Positions 19,166-27,887 of a stretch of DNA of 64,000 bases are shown piece after piece. The stretch covers positions 62,001 to 126,000 of IMG/VR virus record IMGVR_UViG_3300024520_000047. One strand, given 5' to 3'. The notes beneath the pieces are model-generated. The model did not search any database. It was given only the letters and a program-made list of their open reading frames with translations, and had not been told where the DNA came from. Both the position numbers and the translations under genes were made by a program. How positions within the stretch are numbered: position 1 is the stretch's first letter; each line of letters opens with the position of its first letter.

Positions 19166-21676
19166 ATGTCCGATAATTTAATGCCACAATATCATTTTGA
19201 TGATTCAAAAGATACTCACCGTATTGGTGTTAAAAAAAACAAATTAACACATCATCGAGACCCCGAAGATAATGTAAAGGAGTTTGAGTTAAATACGGGT
19301 GTACCCGTGGAAAAATACGGTAAAGATGAAAATCGTATAACATACGATAGTGCGTCATATGAAGGAGAACCATGGTTTATTAGTAAATCATTTAATGATG
19401 AGGAAACCAATAAAAGGCCTTTACACCCCACAAAAGATTATTTACACCCTCATGATAGTCACACAGGTGATGACCATTTAGAAATGGGGACTGGTAACTA
19501 CTATCCCCAATATAAAGTGCCTTTTATGGATAATAATAATGTAGATAGTGTAAATTATGATGAGGATGGGAAATTAAAATTAGATAAAAAAATAAATGAA
19601 ACCATTTCACCTTCTGTCAATATTTATAATAAAAATAAAAATAATAATAGTATGAGTAATTTAACTGAACAAATAGATAGAATTAAACAAATGATTCTAT
19701 TCAAAGAAGGCATGAGTTTTAAGGATGTAAAAAACTTAACTGAACAAGAAAAATCCGACTCTACAGCTGTTGCACCATCTTCAGATGGTGGTGATTCAAG
19801 TGTTACTGTAGACAAAGCAGAACCTTCTGTAGGTGCAGCAAAAGCTGCAGAGGTCTCTAAACTAACTAAGTCAGCGGAGAGGGAAAAAACCCCATTAGTA
19901 GAACCCTCTAAGGAAGAGCCTTCTAAGGAAGAACCAAAAGAGGAACCAAAAGAGGAACCAAAAGAGGAACCAAAAGAGGAACCAAAAGAGGAACCAAAAG
20001 AGGAGCCAAAAGAGGAGCCAAAAGAGGAAGAGCCGGTTGAGGAAGCTCCTGAAGAAGCCCCTGCAAACCCAACCACAGTACAATTAACACAACCCATTAT
20101 CGCGACTGTTACAGGCGTAAAAGAAGGTCTAGCATCTATGTTATCTGACCCTGAAGTACAACGAGCCATTAATAATATTAAAAACTTTAAAGCGGACCCA
20201 GAGAAAAAAGCCACCTTATATGATGAATTTATAGCGGCCTCCCGACATTACGGAGAGGTACCAGGTACAATCGGAGTGGACCAAGAAAAAACTGAAGCTT
20301 ATAATGATTATGTTTCAAAATATGTTCCTTATTATGCACTAGCAATACCTGAAGGTCAATTAAGTAGAGCTAACACATTAGACGCTACTATGGAAAATGC
20401 TAATGTAGGGTTGGATAATATTATTGACGCTGGGGTGGGATTAGATTACGCATACACTCTGGGTAAAACAGCAGGTGCTAACGCTTGGATGGCGTATGCT
20501 GCGTTATCACAATTAGTAAATGCTAATATTTACATAGAAAGAGCAAATTATTTAGCTAGTGATGAAGGTCAAGCTGCATTCGAACAAGCAAACACAGATA
20601 ATGTTAATTTTTATGGTACTTACATTACGCCTAATACCCAAGAGTATTGGTTACCTAATGTTTATCCAGAATATTCTACCCTAAGTAGTGATATCGGCAC
20701 TATGGAAAGTAATTTTACCTACACCGCTCCTGAACCTGCTCCATCTGAAGAAGAGGGTCCACGAGGGGAGAAACCTACAGAGGAAGAAGAAGAAGGCCCA
20801 GACAAAGAAGAGAGCCCTAAAGGAGAATCATCTAAATCTATTATTATACCATTTCAGGGTACTAATTATGAATTAAATACTGGTGGTATTTCAAGAGATA
20901 GTAAATTTACAAAAAATGACGCTACAATAAAATCTGGAAAAGAAGGACCAGAATTAACTCTAAATGCAGAACACGCGAAATACGGTAAAGGATATTATAA
21001 TGGTGTAATGAACCCAGATAATAATGTATTTTATGTAACATTTTATAATGATAGAGGTGATGGTCAGAACAAATATAAAATAGAAGCAAAATTAAGTAAA
21101 TATAAAGTTAAGAGTAGACAAAAAGCCCCAGCTAGAACAAGTAAAACAGCTATGAGTCGTGGTTCATATGATTCACCAATGGGTATAGTTGGTACTAGTG
21201 GTAAATTTACCGGTGTAAGTCCAAAAGCCATGGGTCCTTTTAATCAAGACCCATATGCCCAACAATCATCCAACGCTGAAGAAGAAGGTGATGACGAATC
21301 TAAAAAGAAAGAAAATTTAGCAGAAAGACGATTACCTAGAGGATATTATAAAAATAGAAAACCTAAAGTTATGAAAAGACCTAAACAATTAACAGAAGCA
21401 CCAATTAGAAAATCTAAAGGAAAAAAAATTATTAAACTTAGAGAATCAGATTTATATCGGATTGTAGAAAGAGTTCTTAATGAAAATAAAAAAGGTAAAG
21501 GATGTGCAGAATCTGAAGGTGGTTCTGGATGTATCAAAAAAGGAAGTTATACAGATAAATCTGGTAAGAAATATACTTGGCATATCTTAAATAATAAAAA
21601 AGGTGGTATCTGGAGAGGTTGTACTAGTAGAAAAGATTGTGAAGAAATATTAGATGCCTTCCACGCTAACTCTTAA
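19166..21676 (+). CDS. Large acidic low-complexity protein, probable head-packaged protein; possible second start at 19652
   Basis: 836 aa with EEPK repeats and LTEQIDRIKQM and KLRESDLYRIVERVLNE motifs. TATTTAT precedes both 19166 and 19652. Confidence 0.75.
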   Translation: MSDNLMPQYHFDDSKDTHRIGVKKNKLTHHRDPEDNVKEFELNTGVPVEKYGKDENRITYDSASYEGEPWFISKSFNDEETNKRPLHPTKDYLHPHDSHTGDDHLEMGTGNYYPQYKVPFMDNNNVDSVNYDEDGKLKLDKKINETISPSVNIYNKNKNNNSMSNLTEQIDRIKQMILFKEGMSFKDVKNLTEQEKSDSTAVAPSSDGGDSSVTVDKAEPSVGAAKAAEVSKLTKSAEREKTPLVEPSKEEPSKEEPKEEPKEEPKEEPKEEPKEEPKEEPKEEPKEEEPVEEAPEEAPANPTTVQLTQPIIATVTGVKEGLASMLSDPEVQRAINNIKNFKADPEKKATLYDEFIAASRHYGEVPGTIGVDQEKTEAYNDYVSKYVPYYALAIPEGQLSRANTLDATMENANVGLDNIIDAGVGLDYAYTLGKTAGANAWMAYAALSQLVNANIYIERANYLASDEGQAAFEQANTDNVNFYGTYITPNTQEYWLPNVYPEYSTLSSDIGTMESNFTYTAPEPAPSEEEGPRGEKPTEEEEEGPDKEESPKGESSKSIIIPFQGTNYELNTGGISRDSKFTKNDATIKSGKEGPELTLNAEHAKYGKGYYNGVMNPDNNVFYVTFYNDRGDGQNKYKIEAKLSKYKVKSRQKAPARTSKTAMSRGSYDSPMGIVGTSGKFTGVSPKAMGPFNQDPYAQQSSNAEEEGDDESKKKENLAERRLPRGYYKNRKPKVMKRPKQLTEAPIRKSKGKKIIKLRESDLYRIVERVLNENKKGKGCAESEGGSGCIKKGSYTDKSGKKYTWHILNNKKGGIWRGCTSRKDCEEILDAFHANS
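19928..20023 (+). repeat. Coding 12-bp tandem repeat, 8 units (EEPK)
   Basis: Eight GARGARCCAAAA units, preceded by two EPSK variants. Confidence 0.95.
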
Positions 21677-21700
21677 ATAAGATTAAAAACCAAAACTATT

Positions 21701-21763
21701 ATGTGTGACTGTAAAGAATGTAACTGTGGTACAAAATGTAAATGTACTTGTTGCAATTGTTAA
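21701..21763 (+). CDS. Metallothionein-like micropeptide, 20 aa with 9 Cys (not in ORF track)
   Basis: MCDCKECNCGTKCKCTCCNC*. It has an A-rich leader, starts 24 nt after the upstream stop and is followed by a terminator. Confidence 0.7.
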   Translation: MCDCKECNCGTKCKCTCCNC

Positions 21764-21780
21764 AAACTAAATAATTAATT

Positions 21781-21809
21781 AAAAGGGGATTGAACGATTC
21801 CCTTTTTTT
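21781..21809 (+). terminator. Rho-independent terminator
   Basis: AAAAGGGGAT-TGAACG-ATTCCCTTTT followed by more T residues. Confidence 0.8.
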
Positions 21810-21832
21810 ATTTATATTTATAACTAAAGACC

Positions 21833-22174
21833 ATGGAGAAACCATACATATCAGAATTAGACATTAAGAAAGCCGTCAAAAAAGTATTGGCAGAAGACAA
21901 TAGATTGCCCGTAGACGACTATGAGTTTGAGATGGACGATTCTACCTATGATGACATTTATGAACACCAAGGACCTGTAAGACACTTTAGGGGGTCTATC
22001 TACTATGATGGGTATGTTCCTGAGACTGATGACGTAGAGTATGACCGGAAGGTTGCACAAAAACTTTTAGAGTATGAAAGAAATAAATTAGGAAGTGCTG
22101 AAACGTATGTTGGGGGTGTTGGTTTTAAAAATCGTGGTAACCTTATTGAGCCTTTCGATAATATGGATTTCTAA
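21833..22174 (+). CDS. Acidic hypothetical protein
   Basis: 113 aa with TATTTATA at 21815-21822. N-terminus ISELDIKKAVKKVLAED. Confidence 0.7.
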   Translation: MEKPYISELDIKKAVKKVLAEDNRLPVDDYEFEMDDSTYDDIYEHQGPVRHFRGSIYYDGYVPETDDVEYDRKVAQKLLEYERNKLGSAETYVGGVGFKNRGNLIEPFDNMDF

Positions 22175-24489
22175 ACAATACAGGACACATTACTTACTTT
22201 CTTAACAGTAATTGTCTGGTCTGACCATTCCTTAATTAAATTATTATGAGAAATTACAAAGATTCTTTCAAAGTAATCTTTAATCTTCATAAAGAACTTG
22301 CCCACCAATTCTAAATTTTCATCACTTACTTTTGCAAATGCTTCATCAAAGCAAACAATATTAGGTTTAGGTAATGCACACACTTTAGATAATACAGAGC
22401 GTAAAGCTAATGACGCTATAGTTTTTTCATAACCACTACCAGAAGACATTAATTTCTCAATAGATGTATCATTGTCTATCATCCAAAATTCCAATTCATT
22501 ACGGTCATTAATTCTTAATTGTAATGTAAATTCACAACTATCCGATAGTAACCTATTTAATTCACTATTAAGATAGGGAATTGTATTTCGTAATATAAGT
22601 TTAGAAATTCCATTTTTCCCATAAGCAATTAAATAAGCCTTAAATATTTTATCAACCTCTTCTTCTTTTTTAATTTCATTAATCCTACCAACATTTTCTT
22701 TAATGCTAACTTTATGTTGTTTTATGTTTCCCTTAGTTTCACTAATTTTAATTTTAAAACCATCTATCTCAGCGGTTAATGTATCCAATAAAGTTCTAGC
22801 GGAAATAAGTTTCTTTTCTATTTCTTGATTTTCCTCTAATTTAATTTTGTTAGATTCCCACTCTTTGAGAGTGTTTTGTTTTTGAATTAAATTCAAACTT
22901 TCTTCTTTAATTTCTAAATCAATTTTTATTTTACGTAATTTATCTCTTTCATAGGTGTCCCACTTTATCTCTATATCACTTAATTCCATATTTTTTTCTA
23001 ATAATTCTTTTCTAGATGTTTGTAAGGTAAGTAATTCCTCAGTTATTTCGTGAAGTTCTTTAAGTTTCTTTTCAATTTCAGAACTGTGGTCCACATCATC
23101 TAATTTTCTATTACACGTTGGGCAAATTTCACCATCCTCTAAAGCTTGTATTAATTCTTCTAATTCACTAACCTGTTTGGTTGTTAATTTTTCTTGTACT
23201 TCTAGGTTTGTTAATTCTTTTTTTAATTCAGTATGTTTTTCTTCATCGTGTTTGGTAGGAGGTTTAGATATGTGAATTTCCTCTAATCTGGTTTGGTGTG
23301 TTTCAATTTTATTCTCTATATTGCCAATTTCTGTTTTAATATTTGTAGGATTAACTTTTAATAATTCGGAGGCAATCTCATTATGTTTGCTATAAAGTAA
23401 TTTTTCTTTATACTCCATTCCATTTTCATACCTCTCGTTAAGTTCTATAATTTTATTTTCATACTCTTCAATATTTTCTATAAATGCACCACTTTCATCT
23501 TCATAATTTTTATTTTCTTCTTTTAAAGTTTGTGTGTCATATAAATTAGAAATTAACTTTTTATTCCATTCAGAATATATTTCTTTAGCGGTTTCTTCTT
23601 TTTTTCTTAAATGGTCTAACCCTATAAATCTTGTTAATATTTGGCCTCTATGTGTGGGTTTAGCTTCTAGTAAGTCTTCCAGATTATTGGATGTTGTAAG
23701 TATGGTTAATAAAAAATCATCCATAGTTCCTATAGATTTTTTTAAAAACTCTTCTGTTTCTCGTCGTTGTTCTCCTTGTAAATTTTGTAAGGTGCCTTCC
23801 GCTAATCTTTTACTCAAGTTAAGTTCAGTCCTAACACTCCACTCACCCTTTTTAGTTAATTTTCTTATTATTCCTCGTTCTATAATGTAATTTTCACCAT
23901 CAATTTCTACCTCACCCTTAACTAATACGATATCTTTATCGGTAAACCTATTAAAGACCTCAATAGCTTTATTGGACTTAGTAGTTACATTAAAAAATAA
24001 AAAAAGAAGAAGGTCTACAGTTAATGTAGTTTTACCACCAAAATTAGAAGGTGTAGAATCTATGACCGTTATACCATTATATTTAGTAAAATCTATTCTA
24101 TTATTTTCACCAAAAGAAAGAAAATTATTAAATTCAATCCACTTAATAAACCATTTCTTATGTTGTGATATATCTTGGGTTGATACTTTTTCCTCCACTC
24201 TAGAATCTAACTTCATTAACTTATCCCAATTAACATCTACATCGTGGTCTTTTAAAAATTCTTTTACTAGTTGCTTTTGGTAGTTGGGGTCAACGACATT
24301 TTCTGTGACAGCTTGGGTTGTGGTGGTTTCTCCAATTCCATTAATGCGAGTCACCACATTAACCCTTTCAGAATTATATTTCTTTCTAAAATAAGTTTTT
24401 AATCTTTTTATTTTTTCTTGGGTGAAATTTTCGGGACTATCTTCCCATATAACTTTTATATAGGGGTTATCTAAAGTGGTAGGGTCCAT
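22171..24489 (-). CDS. sbcC: Rad50/SbcC (T4 gp46-like) ATPase with an extra ~110-aa N-terminal domain
   Basis: IEFNNFLSFG, Walker A variant SNFGGKTT, a coiled coil with CPTC zinc hook, signature variant SGSGYEK, Walker B IVCFDE and H-loop ISHN. Confidence 0.9.
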   Translation of the reverse strand: MDPTTLDNPYIKVIWEDSPENFTQEKIKRLKTYFRKKYNSERVNVVTRINGIGETTTTQAVTENVVDPNYQKQLVKEFLKDHDVDVNWDKLMKLDSRVEEKVSTQDISQHKKWFIKWIEFNNFLSFGENNRIDFTKYNGITVIDSTPSNFGGKTTLTVDLLLFLFFNVTTKSNKAIEVFNRFTDKDIVLVKGEVEIDGENYIIERGIIRKLTKKGEWSVRTELNLSKRLAEGTLQNLQGEQRRETEEFLKKSIGTMDDFLLTILTTSNNLEDLLEAKPTHRGQILTRFIGLDHLRKKEETAKEIYSEWNKKLISNLYDTQTLKEENKNYEDESGAFIENIEEYENKIIELNERYENGMEYKEKLLYSKHNEIASELLKVNPTNIKTEIGNIENKIETHQTRLEEIHISKPPTKHDEEKHTELKKELTNLEVQEKLTTKQVSELEELIQALEDGEICPTCNRKLDDVDHSSEIEKKLKELHEITEELLTLQTSRKELLEKNMELSDIEIKWDTYERDKLRKIKIDLEIKEESLNLIQKQNTLKEWESNKIKLEENQEIEKKLISARTLLDTLTAEIDGFKIKISETKGNIKQHKVSIKENVGRINEIKKEEEVDKIFKAYLIAYGKNGISKLILRNTIPYLNSELNRLLSDSCEFTLQLRINDRNELEFWMIDNDTSIEKLMSSGSGYEKTIASLALRSVLSKVCALPKPNIVCFDEAFAKVSDENLELVGKFFMKIKDYFERIFVISHNNLIKEWSDQTITVKKVSNVSCIV

Positions 24490-24495
24490 TATATA

Positions 24496-24804
24496 TTATT
24501 TGTTTGGTCGATTCTCTTCAAACCATTCTATTATAGCATTAATGGCCCATACACCACCACTAGCTAACATTCCATCAAAAAATACATTTAAATGGGGAAT
24601 ATTTGTTAATGGACTAGTGGGTGAAAATAAAATAAAAGAAAATAGAAACCCAACCCATGTAGAAGTACACATAACACAACCTAGTAAATCCCCAATAAAC
24701 TTAGAGTGAGAGGTTAACCAGTTTCTACTCTTATCAAAAATACTCCCGTATACCAATATTTGCGTCATTCCATATGCTGCTATCATCCATATTATTAAAT
24801 CCAT
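24496..24804 (-). CDS. DUF1360-like membrane protein
   Basis: Hydrophobic segments plus the LLGCVMCTSTWVG motif. Confidence 0.7.
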   Translation of the reverse strand: MDLIIWMIAAYGMTQILVYGSIFDKSRNWLTSHSKFIGDLLGCVMCTSTWVGFLFSFILFSPTSPLTNIPHLNVFFDGMLASGGVWAINAIIEWFEENRPNK

Positions 24805-24806
24805 AA

Positions 24807-25415
24807 TTAATCTTTATATAATTCATCATCTAATCTAGATGATTTTAGGTGAGTTGCTTTAGTTCCACTAAATCTTCTAAAGTGATTTAAAACATCCTCA
24901 TACTCTTCAATCTTTTCTTGAAGTTCTTTTATTTGTTGTTTAAGGGTGGTGTTATCATCAGTAAAATTTTGTAATTCTGATTTTTGTTTACCATATTCTT
25001 TAAACTTTTTAACCCATTCCTCATTATCTGTTGTTAATCTACCAACTTCTATAGTTAAAGAATTAACCTTCTCTGAATATTCCCGTAATTGTGTATCATC
25101 AGTAACTAATTTTTCTATTTCCACAATTTTTTCAACAGGCACTTCCACAATTTTTTCAACAATTTTCTCAACAGGTACTTTTATAATTTTCTCCACTTCT
25201 TTTACTATTTCTTTTTCCACCTCTTTTTCTATAATTTCTTTTCCAGCTTTAACTGGCGTACGTCCAAATTTTTCAATAGCAAAACCACCCTTTAAACATC
25301 CTAAAATTAAATTATTTTTATCCTCTATTTTATTTAATTCACAAAACATCTCCATTTCCTTATTTAAATGTGAAGGTATTTTAAAAATTTGTGAGTGTTT
25401 CGTTTTCATTTTCAA
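24807..25415 (-). CDS. Coiled-coil protein with VEKIVEVP-type repeats
   Basis: EKEVEKEIVKEVEKIIKVPVEKIVEKIVEVPVEKIVEIEK followed by a heptad-rich C-terminus. Confidence 0.75.
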   Translation of the reverse strand: MKMKTKHSQIFKIPSHLNKEMEMFCELNKIEDKNNLILGCLKGGFAIEKFGRTPVKAGKEIIEKEVEKEIVKEVEKIIKVPVEKIVEKIVEVPVEKIVEIEKLVTDDTQLREYSEKVNSLTIEVGRLTTDNEEWVKKFKEYGKQKSELQNFTDDNTTLKQQIKELQEKIEEYEDVLNHFRRFSGTKATHLKSSRLDDELYKD

Positions 25416-26163
25416 TATCTGCTATATCAGTAATCTTAAAATTTAGATAGGGTGATTTATTATCTATATCTTTAAAAATATACTTATCCGTTTGGACTTC
25501 GTAAATACCATAACCATGATTTCTGACTGCTTCACCAAAATTCTGTTGTATTAAGGACCCTATCATATATGCTTTTTTACCATTAGGGATATCTACCACT
25601 TGTCGTTTATGAATGTCTCCCGCCAACACCAAATCACATCCAGAAAACTCTTGGGTGTTATATCCGTCTTCAAAAGCAAATCCCATATCGGTAACTAAAC
25701 CTTGTATTGGCCCATGGAATAAACCTATATATGTATGTTCTTTTGTTGGTGTGAAAGCTGGCTTGTGGTTATGATTAACCAATGAATATATTACCCACAT
25801 TATGTTCTCATCTTCCATAACACCATTTTCTTTTAAATAAATAATATTTTCATTATTCATAGTAAAAATTAAGGGACTCAGGGTGTCTAACCTTTCTAAA
25901 TTATTTTCTAAAAAATCATGATTACCTATCAAAACTAAGGTTTTACAAATATTTGCACATTCCTTTAATGTCCAAATAACCATATCTACCAATTCTGGTG
26001 TCATTTGATTTTTAGAATGAACCAAATCTCCAGTAAATATAATCCTATCAGGTTGTAATTCTTTCCATTCTTTAAAGCAAGCACTTAATATTTCTCTATA
26101 ATGTTTATGGTCTTTAAAGAGTTTAATGTGTAAATCAGAAAAATGTATTAACTTATTAATCAT
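25381..26163 (-). CDS. sbcD: Mre11/SbcD (T4 gp47-like) metallophosphoesterase nuclease, short form
   Basis: Motifs SDLH, TGDLVH, GNHD, LFHG, GDIHKRQ and GSLIQQNFGE. Confidence 0.9.
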   Translation of the reverse strand: MINKLIHFSDLHIKLFKDHKHYREILSACFKEWKELQPDRIIFTGDLVHSKNQMTPELVDMVIWTLKECANICKTLVLIGNHDFLENNLERLDTLSPLIFTMNNENIIYLKENGVMEDENIMWVIYSLVNHNHKPAFTPTKEHTYIGLFHGPIQGLVTDMGFAFEDGYNTQEFSGCDLVLAGDIHKRQVVDIPNGKKAYMIGSLIQQNFGEAVRNHGYGIYEVQTDKYIFKDIDNKSPYLNFKITDIADIENENETLTNF

Positions 26164-26933
26164 TTATTATCCTTATAATGTTCTAATAAAGATACCACCT
26201 CTTCCCTATAATCTCTACATTTAATGGGTTCATATTTTTCATTATTTTCATTAAACCACACAATATAAGAATCCCCCAATTGGAGGTTAGTGTTTTCTTC
26301 TATCAAATATCTATATAAAGATAGTTGTAATGAGTAGGTATTAAACTCACACACATCCAAATGAGAGATAGGCTCTTTAAATTGTTGCCACTTATTATTT
26401 CTTTTTATCTCTTTGTTAGTTTTCCAATCCCAAATTTGTAATTCATTAACTTTATTATTCCAAAATAACTGGTCTACCATCCCACAGACACCACACACAT
26501 CATCACCAACAATTAATTCAGATTTGATGGGTATTAGTTTACCATACGATTCTTCATAAAATTTATCAAATAAATTTTTAATTTTATTAAAAGCAGTTTC
26601 TACGTCATTATTTCCTAACACTCTAACAATCTTTTCCTTGGGGTATGGAAACACTTTATTGTTAAAATAATTTTCAGCATAGTTATGTAATAAATTTCCC
26701 TTTTCACAGGAGTAGTCTGCTTTATATTTCCATTCTTTTAATATTTCTTCCTTTGTAATCCCCCTATCTTTAGATTTTTTTTCTGACCAGTAATCACTAT
26801 CAAAAGGTTGTTTAAACTTACCTATAAGTCTAGTTGCGGAAAGCATTTCTTGTCCGTCAATATAATATGTGTGTGGTTCATCATAATATTTAATATTATT
26901 AAATACACTAAGTTCTATTCCAATATCTATCAT
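26160..26933 (-). CDS. PD-(D/E)XK (RecB/Cas4-like) exonuclease
   Basis: HTYY, SATRLI, GNLLHNYAE, SELIV...GMVDQL...IWDWKT and YSLQLSLY. Confidence 0.85.
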   Translation of the reverse strand: MIDIGIELSVFNNIKYYDEPHTYYIDGQEMLSATRLIGKFKQPFDSDYWSEKKSKDRGITKEEILKEWKYKADYSCEKGNLLHNYAENYFNNKVFPYPKEKIVRVLGNNDVETAFNKIKNLFDKFYEESYGKLIPIKSELIVGDDVCGVCGMVDQLFWNNKVNELQIWDWKTNKEIKRNNKWQQFKEPISHLDVCEFNTYSLQLSLYRYLIEENTNLQLGDSYIVWFNENNEKYEPIKCRDYREEVVSLLEHYKDNK

Positions 26934-27853
26934 GTCTCTAATTGTAATATGTCTTCATTTCTTATCTTACCATTAAGTTCCGCAATATCTTTATCTTTAG
27001 GCATTTTCACTACCCTAATTCTACCACGTAATTTACCTCCATTTAATTTTTCAAATAATTTTATAGAATCTTCCCAAGCATCGCCATCTAAACATATAAT
27101 AATCTGTGCTGTTGCCTGTTCATATAATTTTTCCCATAAATTATCACTTACCACTTTACCCAATAATGGTATACTATTTTCTAAAAAAAACATATCAAAT
27201 ACACCTTCAACTAAAAATATATCTTTATCCCAATCTATATTCTCTTCATTAAAAATGATAACACTTTTTTCTTGTTCAGGATTTTTATATTTAAGTTTGG
27301 TATTAATATAACTCCTCCCAACAAAATATTGTAATTTTCCAGTGGGTGTATAACTAGGTACTATAATTCTAAATTTATATTCTCCTTGGGTGGTAAATCC
27401 TATATCGTATTTTTCTATTAACTCTTTTCCTATATTTCTTTTTTTAAGATAATTTAGTGCTTGTTTTGCATTTAAATCATAGGGGGACACTTCACTTAAT
27501 TTAGTAAACCCATAAGGTAACTTTATATTCTTATTATATTTTTTTTGTTTTGGGGCAAATTCTTCAGGACATACAAGTTCAAAATTTTTAAATTGTGTGG
27601 TGTCTCCCCAGTCTTTAATGATACGTGAAATATGACCGTGGGTGTCATGTGTTTCAGTACAGGCCCAACATTTATATACCCCCATATGATAATTAATTTC
27701 TAAATTACCTTTACCGTCTCCTTTTTCTAAACCTTTAATGTCGTAGGAACAAACTGGGCAGTCAAATGATATTTGGCCTTTGTTGGGGTAGTGCTGATGA
27801 TATTCTCCGAATATCTCTTCTAATATTTCTATAATAAGTTCGTAATCTTCCAC
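26930..27853 (-). CDS. dnaG: DNA primase (Zn finger plus TOPRIM)
   Basis: CPVC...CWAC zinc-binding domain, YLKKRNI, RIIVPSY, FVGRS, KYKNP, LVEGVFD, LDGDA and KDIAE. Confidence 0.88.
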   Translation of the reverse strand: MEDYELIIEILEEIFGEYHQHYPNKGQISFDCPVCSYDIKGLEKGDGKGNLEINYHMGVYKCWACTETHDTHGHISRIIKDWGDTTQFKNFELVCPEEFAPKQKKYNKNIKLPYGFTKLSEVSPYDLNAKQALNYLKKRNIGKELIEKYDIGFTTQGEYKFRIIVPSYTPTGKLQYFVGRSYINTKLKYKNPEQEKSVIIFNEENIDWDKDIFLVEGVFDMFFLENSIPLLGKVVSDNLWEKLYEQATAQIIICLDGDAWEDSIKLFEKLNGGKLRGRIRVVKMPKDKDIAELNGKIRNEDILQLET

Positions 27854-27858
27854 ACTTA

Positions 27859-27887
27859 ATTATAATTTTATTAAACGAGAATGTCAA
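27859..27887 (-). promoter_or_regulatory. Consensus TTGACA-N17-TATAAT promoter in front of the primase operon, probably leaderless
   Basis: Minus strand: TTGACA (27882-27887), 17 nt, TATAAT (27859-27864). Only 5 nt separate it from the GTG start at 27853. Confidence 0.65.

Noticed and set aside
19928-20023. Possible CRISPR-like array
   Set aside because: The 12-bp units are contiguous, have no spacers and are in frame in a CDS.
19624-20214. Antisense ORFs with FGSS and LFWF repeats (19624..20214, 19895..20083)
   Set aside because: They are shadows of the EEPK repeat on the + strand.
26160-26933. Cas4 / CRISPR adaptation gene
   Set aside because: It lacks the Cas4 four-Cys Fe-S arrangement, and there are no cas genes or array nearby. 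The context is replication/recombination.
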